15,684 nucleotides of DNA, from NCBI GenBank assembly GCA_051382295.1, contig JBBCAW010000131.1:1-15684 (forward strand), in the 5' to 3' direction. Of this stretch, positions 6,328-14,464 are shown one piece after another. Below the pieces are notes generated by a model, which searched no databases, was not told the origin of the DNA, and was given only the letters and a program-made list of their open reading frames with translations. The position numbers and the translations under genes were made by a program. Source of the stretch: Bdellovibrionota bacterium FG-1 (GTDB taxonomy: Bacteria; Bdellovibrionota; UBA1018). Numbering within the stretch: position 1 is the stretch's first letter; the number at the start of each line of letters is the position of its first letter.

Positions 6328-9300
6328 AAATAGTAAACGCGGCTTTGCCGGTAGACTCGCCAAGAGCTTTGTCCAGTCCAAGTTAACGCCGGTGATCGCG
6401 GTGACCAGTATTTTATTGGGAATCGGCGCGGTTTTTCTGACTCCCAAAGAAGAAGAGCCGCAGATTACGGTACCGATGATCGATATTCAAACGGTCGTGC
6501 CGGGCTTTGAGGCCAAAGAAGTTGAGCGCATGGTCACCGAGCCGATCGAGCGCGAGGTTTGGGGTTTGGACGGTGTGGAATACGTCTACTCTTCGAGTCG
6601 TCCGAACTGGAGCATGGTGACCGTTCGCTTTAAGGTCAATGAGCCGATGGAACCCAGTTTGGTTAAAATTCATCATAAACTGATGAGTTTACGTGCCAAG
6701 CTCCCTGCCGCGGCGATGCCTTCCGATGTCAAATCTTTCTCGATTGATGATGTGCCGTTTTTAATTCTGACTTTCAGTAGTGCTCAGGTGGACGATTTCA
6801 AATTGCGCTCTCTCGTTGCGCCGCTCGCCCGCGAATTATCCAGTACTCCTGATCTGGGACGGGTCGAGCTATTGGGCGGCCTGAAGCGCGCGATTCGCGT
6901 GATTGTGGATCCTGCTAAATTGGCGAGTCGTGGGGTGTCGTTGCTCTCGGTCGCCCAAGCGTTGCAAGCCAATGATGCTCATGCGCCAGTGGGTAAAAAT
7001 TGGGGAAAAACCGCAGTCTATGACGTAGAAATCGGTGGAAAAATGGGGTCCGCGCAGGACGTCCAAGCCATAGTGGTTGGGCAACGAGCCGGTGGTATTG
7101 TTCGTATTCGTGATCTCGCGCAGGTCGTGGACGGGCCGGAAGAACGCACGCGGATGTCGATGCTTCTGGATAAGGAATCCCCGCAGGCGAAGAATGCGGT
7201 ATCCATTGTTTTTGCCAAGCGCAAAGGCACGAATGTCGTTTCGTTGGCTTCGGATCTTTTGGACCGCGCCCGTCTTTTCTCAAAAGGGTTGCCTGGCAAT
7301 GTCCAAATGTCAGTGCTTCGAAATTACGGGGCGACAGCGGATGCCAAGTCTAGGGAGTTAATCGAACATCTCCTTTTGGCTACCTTGTCAGTTTCGGTGT
7401 TGATTGCGATTTTCATGGGGCTGCGCGCCTCGCTCGTCGTGGCTACCGCTATTCCGGTCACGCTAGCGCTGACCTTAGCGCTTTATTACTTCCTGGGTTA
7501 CACGCTGAATCGAGTGACGCTTTTCGCGTTAATCTTCTCCATCGGAATTTTGGTGGATGATGCGATTGTGGTGGTTGAGAACATTGAACGTCATCTCAAA
7601 ACGAATCGAAAAGGCGGGGTGATCGCACCCACGATTCGGGCGGTTTCGGAGGTGGGGGATCCCACGATTTTGGCGACTTTTGCCGTCATTGCGTCCGTTC
7701 TACCGATGGCCTTTGTGCGTGGATTGATGGGGCCTTATATGCGGCCGATTCCGGTGGGCGCCAGCTTGGCCATGATGCTTTCGCTCTTGGTCGCTTTTAT
7801 TGTGACGCCTTGGGCGGCAGTCAAATTGCTTGATACAAAACACTATGCGGTGGAGGCGGCTGCTGAAAAGGCCGCGCGGCCGAATTGGCTGGATCGAGCC
7901 TATTGTGCTTTGATGGAGCAATTACTGGGACGTAAAACCAGGGCCCTTCAGTTGGGCCTGGTGTCGGTGGTCCTTTTAGTGGCGGCGGCCTCTTTGGTTT
8001 ACTTCAAGGTGGTTCGGGTGCAGATGCTTCCGTTTGATAACAAGAACGAATTTCAAGTCTTAATCGATTACCCCTCCACTACGCCGCTCACGCAAAGCAG
8101 TGCGTGGTCAGTCGAGTTAGGTAAAAAGCTGGTTCAACATCCTGAAATCAAGCGAGTGCAGGTCTTTGCTGGCGAACCCGCTCCCTTCTCTTTCTCGGGG
8201 ATGGTTAAGCATACCTTTTTGCGTCAAGGGGACGCGATGAACGATCTTCAGATCGAGTTGACGGACAAGGACGAAAGAAAGATCAAGAGCCACGACATTA
8301 TTCAAGAAGTCCGAGGAGAAATCGCGCAATTCGGGCTGGAGAAAAATGCGCTCACGAAAGTGCTGGAAGTGCCTCCGGGGCCGCCGGTGATGGCTACGGT
8401 TGTGGCAGAGGTCTATGGCCCGGATGAGGCGACTCGCAAAAAAGTGGCCGAGGAAATTCGAGGGATTTTCAGCGCGCAACCCGGTATTGTCGATATCGAC
8501 TATTCCTGGCGCGCGGGGCGGCCGCGGCAGGTTTACTCCTTTGATCAATATCAAGGAGGAATGCTGGGCGCCCGTGCGGATCAGGTTGTGGGACTGGGGA
8601 GCTTTATCTTTTCGGAGAATCCGCTGATTGCCTTGGACGACTCCTCGAGTCCGGAACCCGTTTCGGTGAATCTTTCGATTGCGGATGCAGTTCGCTCGAG
8701 CGCTCATCCCTTTTTGGGGCAATCGATTCCCTCGTTTGAATCGGGGACGCTTCCGGCTGAGCGGGTCATTCAAGCGCCGGTCATTCGGGAGACAGACACG
8801 CTGAACCGAAAGAATCTCAAACCCGTGAATTATGTTTTAGCGGAAATAGCGGGGGGAGAGGCGCCTGTTTACCAAATCACGAATCTTGCGCCCAAAATTC
8901 ATTACCCCACCCAGACGGCCGAGGTTCCCTGGAATACTCGCACGCCCGTCGTTAAATGGGATGGCGAATGGTTCATGACCTATGAGGTTTTTCGAGATCT
9001 TGGGTCAGCTTTTGCGGTGGTGATGGTGCTGATCTACGTGTTGGTGTTGGGCTGGTTCAGGAGTTTTGCGGTGCCCCTTGTGATCATGACGCCGATTCCG
9101 ATCAGCTTGATTGGGATTTTTCCGGGTCACGCGATTTTTAACGCCGCCTTTACTGCTCCTTCGATGATCGGCTTTATTGCGGGTGCGGGTATTATTGTTC
9201 GAAATTCGATTATCTTGGTGGATTTTATTGAGCATCAACTGAAAGAGGGCATGGCCCTCAAGGAAGCTGTGATTAGTGCGGGCGTCCTTCGGTTTCGGCC

Positions 9301-9511
9301 GATGTTACTCACTGCGGCAGCCGTGATTGTGGGTAGCTCTGTCATGCTCTTTGATCCCATCTTCCAAGGCCTGGCGATTAGTCTGATGTTTGGCTCGATC
9401 GCGGCGACCATTCTGAGCCGTCTTGCGGTACCTGTGTTGTATTATTGGTTTACGGGTAAAAGTCGGGTGAAGTATTTGAAACAGCTGCAGCAAGCCGGCG
9501 AATCCGAGTAA
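6320..9511 (+). CDS. RND efflux transporter permease (AcrB/AcrD/AcrF family)
   Basis: 1063 aa; two large periplasmic domains and two TM blocks; IGILVDDAIVVVENI, GIIVRNSIILVDF and RFRPMLLTA proton-relay motifs; N-terminal PKEEEPQI. Confidence 0.96.
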   Translation: MTENSKRGFAGRLAKSFVQSKLTPVIAVTSILLGIGAVFLTPKEEEPQITVPMIDIQTVVPGFEAKEVERMVTEPIEREVWGLDGVEYVYSSSRPNWSMVTVRFKVNEPMEPSLVKIHHKLMSLRAKLPAAAMPSDVKSFSIDDVPFLILTFSSAQVDDFKLRSLVAPLARELSSTPDLGRVELLGGLKRAIRVIVDPAKLASRGVSLLSVAQALQANDAHAPVGKNWGKTAVYDVEIGGKMGSAQDVQAIVVGQRAGGIVRIRDLAQVVDGPEERTRMSMLLDKESPQAKNAVSIVFAKRKGTNVVSLASDLLDRARLFSKGLPGNVQMSVLRNYGATADAKSRELIEHLLLATLSVSVLIAIFMGLRASLVVATAIPVTLALTLALYYFLGYTLNRVTLFALIFSIGILVDDAIVVVENIERHLKTNRKGGVIAPTIRAVSEVGDPTILATFAVIASVLPMAFVRGLMGPYMRPIPVGASLAMMLSLLVAFIVTPWAAVKLLDTKHYAVEAAAEKAARPNWLDRAYCALMEQLLGRKTRALQLGLVSVVLLVAAASLVYFKVVRVQMLPFDNKNEFQVLIDYPSTTPLTQSSAWSVELGKKLVQHPEIKRVQVFAGEPAPFSFSGMVKHTFLRQGDAMNDLQIELTDKDERKIKSHDIIQEVRGEIAQFGLEKNALTKVLEVPPGPPVMATVVAEVYGPDEATRKKVAEEIRGIFSAQPGIVDIDYSWRAGRPRQVYSFDQYQGGMLGARADQVVGLGSFIFSENPLIALDDSSSPEPVSVNLSIADAVRSSAHPFLGQSIPSFESGTLPAERVIQAPVIRETDTLNRKNLKPVNYVLAEIAGGEAPVYQITNLAPKIHYPTQTAEVPWNTRTPVVKWDGEWFMTYEVFRDLGSAFAVVMVLIYVLVLGWFRSFAVPLVIMTPIPISLIGIFPGHAIFNAAFTAPSMIGFIAGAGIIVRNSIILVDFIEHQLKEGMALKEAVISAGVLRFRPMLLTAAAVIVGSSVMLFDPIFQGLAISLMFGSIAATILSRLAVPVLYYWFTGKSRVKYLKQLQQAGESE

Positions 9512-9581
9512 AACAGTTTTCTAGTGACGCCTCGGTAAAATGGGGTATTTAATGAAAGAAAACTGAAGAAGGAGAATCCAA

Positions 9582-10772
9582 ATGGCAGCAGGAAATCGCG
9601 AAGTCGTGATCGTAGGAGTGGCGCGGACCGCGTTCGGGAGTGTTCAAGGGGCGTTGGCGTCCTTTTCAGCGCCCAAGCTCGGAGCGGTCGCAATTGCCGC
9701 AGCCCTGAAGCGCGCGGGAGTTGCGCCCGATCAGGTTTCTGAAGTTATTCTGGGTAATGTGCTCACGGCGGGCGAAGGGCAGGCTCCTGCCCGGCAAGCG
9801 GCGATTTACGCGGGACTTCCTCAGAGCGTTCCCGCCGTTACGATCAACAAAGTTTGTGGAAGCGGCATGAAGGCCGTCATGATGGGCGCGCAGTCCATTT
9901 TGTTGGGCGACAGTGAAGTGGTGATCGCGGGCGGAATGGAAAGCATGAGTAATTCGCCTTACCTCCTGCAAGGGGCTCGTACTGGCTTTAGAATGGGTCA
10001 TCAGCAACTGGTGGACTCCATGATTGTGGATGGTCTTTGGGATCCTTATAATAATCAGCATATGGGAAACTGCGCGGAACTTTGCGCGAAAGAATATCAG
10101 TTTACGCGTCAGGCGCAGGATGAATTTGCGATCGAGAGTTTTAAACGTGCGCAGGCCGCGCAAAAGGCGGGTAAATTTGCGGCTGAAATCACGCCCGTCT
10201 CGATTGTCGGTCGAAAGGGCGAAACGACCCTGGTCGATACGGACGAGGGGCCTGCCAAGGGTCAGTTTGATAAAATCCCCACGCTGAAGCCCGCCTTTGA
10301 TAAAGCCGGAACGGTGACGGCGGCCAATGCTTCGACGATTAATGACGGCGCTGCGGTTTTGGTTTTGATGTCCGCTGAAAAGGCCCAAGCCCTTGGACTG
10401 AAGCCTCTGGCAAAAATTGTTTCGTATGCGGGCTTTGCGCAAGATCCGGTGTGGTTTACGACGGCTCCGGCCGAAGCGATGCGCCGCGCGACGAAAAAAG
10501 CCGGTTGGGAAATAAACCAAGTCGATCTGTTCGAAGTCAACGAAGCGTTTGCCGTGGTTTCGATGGCCGCGCAAAAGGATCTGAATATTTCGCGCGACAA
10601 ACTCAACGTATGGGGCGGCGCGATTTCGTTGGGCCATCCTATCGGCGCGAGCGGCGCGCGGATTTTAATTACCCTCTTAGCGGCTCTGACTGACCGTGGC
10701 CTGAAACGCGGAGTCGCGGGGATTTGCATTGGTGGCGGCGAAGCAACGGCGGTTTGCTTAGAGCGGATTTGA
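9582..10772 (+). CDS. Acetyl-CoA C-acetyltransferase (thiolase, AtoB/ThlA-like)
   Basis: INKVCGSG, GGMESMS, NAS.INDGAA, EVNEAF, GHPIGASGARI and CIGGG motifs; AAGGAG RBS. Confidence 0.96.
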   Translation: MAAGNREVVIVGVARTAFGSVQGALASFSAPKLGAVAIAAALKRAGVAPDQVSEVILGNVLTAGEGQAPARQAAIYAGLPQSVPAVTINKVCGSGMKAVMMGAQSILLGDSEVVIAGGMESMSNSPYLLQGARTGFRMGHQQLVDSMIVDGLWDPYNNQHMGNCAELCAKEYQFTRQAQDEFAIESFKRAQAAQKAGKFAAEITPVSIVGRKGETTLVDTDEGPAKGQFDKIPTLKPAFDKAGTVTAANASTINDGAAVLVLMSAEKAQALGLKPLAKIVSYAGFAQDPVWFTTAPAEAMRRATKKAGWEINQVDLFEVNEAFAVVSMAAQKDLNISRDKLNVWGGAISLGHPIGASGARILITLLAALTDRGLKRGVAGICIGGGEATAVCLERI

Positions 10773-12280
10773 GGACTCCGAAAATCGCATTAACAAGCTA
10801 CGCCCTTCCAACCAGCCGCCGCCTTTCGATCTTAGGAGTTTCTCTCGCGCTTCTCTTTTCGGTTACGGCGATCCAGCGGTTTTGGGTACACCCAAGTGGG
10901 GGACACACGCACCGGCAGGCGGTGACGATTGGAATGTCGATCGCCTTCGCGGAAGAGGTCCGTGCCAGAGGACTGGCGGCGCTTGATTTTTTGATTTATC
11001 CCAGGGTGCTGGAACGGGGGCTTTTGGATGGCATCAATGCCTCAGAATTTCCGCTTCTGAATGTGATCACGGGTCCGTTTTTTTTGATTTCGACGCCTTG
11101 GGTGGGGGTTTTTCTCACTTCTTTAATGATCCTGCTTTTTAATCTTTATGTGGCTTATGTGTACTTGCCCAGATTTTTGAGAGCGTGGAACGTCGAAGTG
11201 AGTGGGCCGATTTGCCTCTTGCTTTGGTTAACGGGGGCTACGCTGGCCACTCAAGTGAACACCATTATGCCGGAAGGATTTGCGTTTCCTTTGGTGGTGA
11301 TGGGGATGGTTCAGTTGCTCGAGTCTCAAAATAAGAAGTCACAGTTTGTGGCGGGCGTGGTCCTCTGTACTTTGGGCATTGCTGTTAAGCCGACCGTGGT
11401 GGTTTCGCTCGGGGCGATTGCGGTCCTGCCGTGGCTGGTGCGTGAGCGCAAAGCGCAGTGGAAGGCGTTACTTTTTGGCTGTGTGTTAAGTGTGGTCTTT
11501 CCGGGGTGGTGGTACGCGATTCATGCCAAAACCATCCTTAGTTTCGCGCAAGGTCCGCAAGTTTTTATGTTGGCTGATTTTAATCCATTGAAGAAGCTGG
11601 GCGAAGTGGGCTTCTCGGGGCTTGCGTTTTTGCTGCGGCGGGAACCCTATCAGGGTGAGCTTCCGATCTTCGTCGGGTGGTTTTTTGTGATTGCGGGTTG
11701 GGTGCTGGGTGAATGGAAGGTGGTCGGTCTCTATTTTTTATCGCTCATCGCCGCGACCTCTTTGGATGGACCGCACATCTATGTTCACTATTACTATTTC
11801 ATCGGCACTTGCATCTTTGCGATCGTCCTCATGGCTCGAGTGATGGCAGCCCTTCAACCTCATCGATTTTTTAAGACCCTGGCGATTGTGTTTTTGGCCT
11901 GGGGGGTGGCGTACAATATTCGTGGAAATGTCTGGGTGTGGGCCCGGGATTCTCGCTATTGGAAGGTGAATTTTTGGGATATGGGAAGGCAAGCGGCGAG
12001 TGAGATTGATCGAAGTGATCACCTCATTACCGACGACACACCTTTTCCGCTTAAACTGCTATGGATCGGTCGAAGTGGGACGGCGGCGGGTGGGCAAGTG
12101 TACGAAGTTTGTAATCAGGCTCAATACTCACGACTTCCCTTGGTTTTGGTGAGTGACGTGAGGCCTCCTTTTCCTGGGGTGGAAGCGCCGCTCTGTGGAG
12201 GACGACCTGTCGAGTACCGAACTGTCGAGACGCCCTTTGCGAAGTGGTATGTCACAAAGGTGCTCCGCACCTTTTGGTAG
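10769..12280 (+). CDS. Polytopic membrane protein, ArnT/PMT-like (GT-C fold) glycosyltransferase
   Basis: Many TM segments; HxxRQxxT...YP...EFPL first loop, MPE, VKP and HYYY motifs resemble GT39/PMT_2-like proteins. Start placed at the in-frame TTG overlapping the thiolase TGA; the ORF track starts at 10724, so the start is uncertain. Confidence 0.7.
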   Translation: MRTPKIALTSYALPTSRRLSILGVSLALLFSVTAIQRFWVHPSGGHTHRQAVTIGMSIAFAEEVRARGLAALDFLIYPRVLERGLLDGINASEFPLLNVITGPFFLISTPWVGVFLTSLMILLFNLYVAYVYLPRFLRAWNVEVSGPICLLLWLTGATLATQVNTIMPEGFAFPLVVMGMVQLLESQNKKSQFVAGVVLCTLGIAVKPTVVVSLGAIAVLPWLVRERKAQWKALLFGCVLSVVFPGWWYAIHAKTILSFAQGPQVFMLADFNPLKKLGEVGFSGLAFLLRREPYQGELPIFVGWFFVIAGWVLGEWKVVGLYFLSLIAATSLDGPHIYVHYYYFIGTCIFAIVLMARVMAALQPHRFFKTLAIVFLAWGVAYNIRGNVWVWARDSRYWKVNFWDMGRQAASEIDRSDHLITDDTPFPLKLLWIGRSGTAAGGQVYEVCNQAQYSRLPLVLVSDVRPPFPGVEAPLCGGRPVEYRTVETPFAKWYVTKVLRTFW

Positions 12281-12306
12281 AGGTCTGCGTCATATGTCTG
12301 CAGGGT

Positions 12307-12345
12307 TCGACATGCTGCTGTTGATACGGTATGAGATACGGCATG
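12307..12345 (+). promoter_or_regulatory. Putative promoter/operator of the toxin-antitoxin module
   Basis: TCGACA-17nt-TATGAG. Direct repeats GATACGGTATG (12323-12333) and GATACGGCATG (12335-12345); the first contains the palindrome ATAC-G-GTAT. Confidence 0.45.
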
Positions 12346-12552
12346 GCCAAGAAAGAAAGAAAAGTGACCGTGCTTTTACCCGAAGATCTTATTACAAAGG
12401 CACTTCAGGCGAGCGGAGAGGGGTTGACTCCTACGTTGCGTAAGGGGCTCGAGCTCATTGCGGCTAAGGCCGCCTATCAAGGTCTTCTTAAATTAAAAGG
12501 TAAGTTTGATCTGGGTTTGAATTACGTGCAGGTAAAAAAGGATCGGGCCTAA
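12343..12552 (+). CDS. VapB-like antitoxin (ribbon-helix-helix type)
   Basis: 69 aa from ATG 12343 (alternative 12331). KVTVLLPEDLITKA...G..LTPTLRKGLELI fits an RHH pattern, LKGK..L.L tail. Stop codon lies 1 nt before a PIN-domain start. Confidence 0.75.
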   Translation: MAKKERKVTVLLPEDLITKALQASGEGLTPTLRKGLELIAAKAAYQGLLKLKGKFDLGLNYVQVKKDRA

Positions 12553-12553
12553 A

Positions 12554-12650
12554 ATGATTGCGGCGGATACGAGTGCCTGGATCGATTATTCAATCCGTTT
12601 TCAGGCATTTTAAGGGCTTCGGATTAAAATTGGTCCCTCCCGTAACCTAA
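12554..12650 (+). pseudogene. Internally deleted VapC-like PIN-domain toxin remnant
   Basis: ATG 12554 gives MIAADTSAWIDY (PIN N-terminal DTS motif) then a stop at 12611-12613. A shifted frame (12600-12650) gives FRHFKGFGLKLVPPVT*, resembling a PIN C-terminus. Most of a roughly 130-aa domain is missing. Confidence 0.78.
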
Positions 12651-12666
12651 CGGCTCACCATTCGTT
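12642..12666 (+). promoter_or_regulatory. Putative ECF-sigma-dependent (autoregulatory) promoter
   Basis: GTAAC (12642-12646), 16 nt, CGTT (12663-12666) matches the general ECF AAC-N16/17-CGT pattern. It lies just upstream of the AGGAG RBS (12678-12682) of the ECF gene. Confidence 0.55.
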
Positions 12667-12688
12667 GTAGAGGTATAGGAGCTCTGAT

Positions 12689-13258
12689 TTGAGTCCCATC
12701 AACACTGACGCCGACATCGCTGAAGGACTTAAGCAGGGCTCTGCCGATGCCTTTCGTGCGCTCTATCAGGAGCAGGGAGCCTCGGTCTTGGCTTACCTGA
12801 CCCGACTGATGGGGAGAAAAGAAATGGCTGAAGAACTGACCCAGGAAACCTTTCTGACCGTGATCCGAAAAATCGGTTTTTTTCGGCCCAGTCCAGACGG
12901 CGGGTTGAAGGCCTGGGTTTTTCGGATTGCCACTCATTTGGCGATCGATGTGCTTCGACGTGAGAAGCGTTTTGAGTTGCGTGCGGGTTCCGGTGAGGAA
13001 AATGGCAAAGAAAGAGTGGACGGTGGGGCCGGCCCCCAAGAGCAGCTCGAGCACTTTCAATTTTCTCAGTCCCTCTCTGCGGCATTGCAGGTGCTCACCG
13101 CCGCGCAGCGAATGATTTTTCTCCTCAGGGAACAAGAAGAAATGAGTTTGTGCGAAATATCCCGTGTTTGTGGCTGCAGTGAGAATGCGATCAAACAGAG
13201 TCTTTTTCGCGCCCGAGCGGCTTTAAGGAAGGTGTTATGCGAATCAAACAGGAGTTGA
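12689..13258 (+). CDS. ECF-subfamily sigma-70 factor
   Basis: Region 2 [10 protein letters not shown]...[19 protein letters not shown]; region 4 L..AQR.IFLLRE.EEMS..EIS...[16 protein letters not shown]; 189 aa; TTG start with AGGAG RBS. Confidence 0.95.
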   Translation: MSPINTDADIAEGLKQGSADAFRALYQEQGASVLAYLTRLMGRKEMAEELTQETFLTVIRKIGFFRPSPDGGLKAWVFRIATHLAIDVLRREKRFELRAGSGEENGKERVDGGAGPQEQLEHFQFSQSLSAALQVLTAAQRMIFLLREQEEMSLCEISRVCGCSENAIKQSLFRARAALRKVLCESNRS

Positions 13259-13686
13259 GTGTAAAGCCTCAGTTGTCAGCGGAGCTTGAGGCTGCGCTTT
13301 TTGCGCGGGCAGAAGATTTGCTGGCGGTACGACGAGGTCGGCTGTGCTCACGTCAGGAGGATGTAAAACGCTTGGCCCAGGTTAGGGTGGATCGATTGAC
13401 GATGCTGTCGCAAATCGCTTCGCGCGCGCTCGATTTTTTTGCAATCCACCCGGATACGCCAGCGGTCGCGGCGACCTTTGCGGCTCTGGTGTTGGCTTTT
13501 TTGACGCTCCATCACGGCACTCCACGCGGCCTTGAGCGTGGGATGCCACTCACTGATTCAGATCTTCCTGAAATATCCAAAACCAACGACGCCTCAGCTC
13601 GTTACGATGCACAACGATTGGCTGAACAGAATGCTTATGAAAGAGAGGTCGAAGATGCTCATCAAAGAACCAGCGGCGGGATTTAA
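13237..13686 (+). CDS. Putative single-pass membrane anti-sigma factor
   Basis: Overlaps the sigma gene by 22 nt; helical N-terminal part, one TM ([16 protein letters not shown]), short acidic/helical C-terminal part; no HxxxCxxC motif. Function inferred from position and topology. Confidence 0.6.
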   Translation: MRIKQELSVKPQLSAELEAALFARAEDLLAVRRGRLCSRQEDVKRLAQVRVDRLTMLSQIASRALDFFAIHPDTPAVAATFAALVLAFLTLHHGTPRGLERGMPLTDSDLPEISKTNDASARYDAQRLAEQNAYEREVEDAHQRTSGGI

Positions 13687-14464
13687 ACGTATGACTCTGC
13701 CTGTTTTGATGATCTTGGCACTTTTCCAGGGTGGATCGTTGACTCAAGCGGGGAGTGGGTCGCATTTTCATTTGGAGCGGGATTCTCAGGGTTTGATTCG
13801 CCCTTTTAAAACCGTAGCGGTGCCACTGCCTGATTTTTTACGTGAGTATGCGCGTTTGACCGCTACCCCGATTTCGGTGGGCGGCAGTTGGGATCAAGAA
13901 CTCAAGGGCACGGTGACGGTTTTTTTACGTCGTCCTCTTAAGCCCGAGGCTTTGATTGATCTCGTACATCGCATACTCAACGACAATGGGTATGCCATGA
14001 TTGATGCGCCGGCGGGTAATGGCTGGGTGGTGGTACCGGGGCGGAAGGCGCGGGATCGCGCACTTCCGGTCTACGAATTGGCCCAAGTTCCGGACTCGAG
14101 TCGTTTAGTCACGGTGTTCCACACGCTTAAGTATGCAAATTCAGAAGATATTGCTCGAATGTTGCGTTCTTTTATGCCGGCCAATAGTCGGATTATTCCG
14201 GCGTTTTCACAGATTACCATTACTGACATCGCCTCCAATATACACAGGCTGGTTCCGATTATTGCCCGGATGGATACTCCGGAGGTCGCTCAGCGGCAAC
14301 GAGAAACACCACCGTGGTCCAATGGTCCGCCACGCGCATGCGGTGAACAGCGGATCGAAAAACTCGTGGTTGAAAAGCTTGAAATTCAGGACAGTGGAAA
14401 TAATAGTCAGAATGCAAGGGCCATCATTCAGGTGAAACCGACGGTTCAAGGAGTACGAAAATGA
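13655..14464 (+). CDS. Secretin N-terminal-domain-only protein A (GspD-like N0+N1, no barrel), signal peptide
   Basis: N0-like LPDFLREYARLT..LKGTVTV..LVHRILNDNGYAMI; N1-like LVTVFHTLKYANSEDIARMLR..ITITDIASNIHRL..IIARMD. Start at 13655 (GAGG upstream) or 13691 gives a signal peptide; the track start at 13532 overlaps the upstream gene heavily. Confidence 0.8.
   Translation: MLIKEPAAGFKRMTLPVLMILALFQGGSLTQAGSGSHFHLERDSQGLIRPFKTVAVPLPDFLREYARLTATPISVGGSWDQELKGTVTVFLRRPLKPEALIDLVHRILNDNGYAMIDAPAGNGWVVVPGRKARDRALPVYELAQVPDSSRLVTVFHTLKYANSEDIARMLRSFMPANSRIIPAFSQITITDIASNIHRLVPIIARMDTPEVAQRQRETPPWSNGPPRACGEQRIEKLVVEKLEIQDSGNNSQNARAIIQVKPTVQGVRK

Noticed and set aside
8117..8773. 218-aa minus-strand ORF (and other short ORFs inside the RND, TolC, pepT and sigma genes)
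   Set aside because: Antisense or off-frame to confident genes, Arg/Pro-biased, no family motifs.
9666..10637. 323-aa minus-strand ORF
   Set aside because: Lies wholly antisense to the well-supported thiolase and has no recognisable motifs; typical shadow ORF.
13141..13258. Cys cluster in ECF region 4 ([17 protein letters not shown]) as a CorE-like metal-sensing domain
   Set aside because: The cysteines fall inside the HTH at positions that tolerate Cys; there is no Cys-rich C-terminal extension, and a candidate anti-sigma is present.
13532..13654. N-terminal extension of secretin-N protein A given by the ORF track
   Set aside because: Overlaps the anti-sigma gene by more than 150 nt and would bury the signal peptide; ATG 13655 or 13691 is more plausible.
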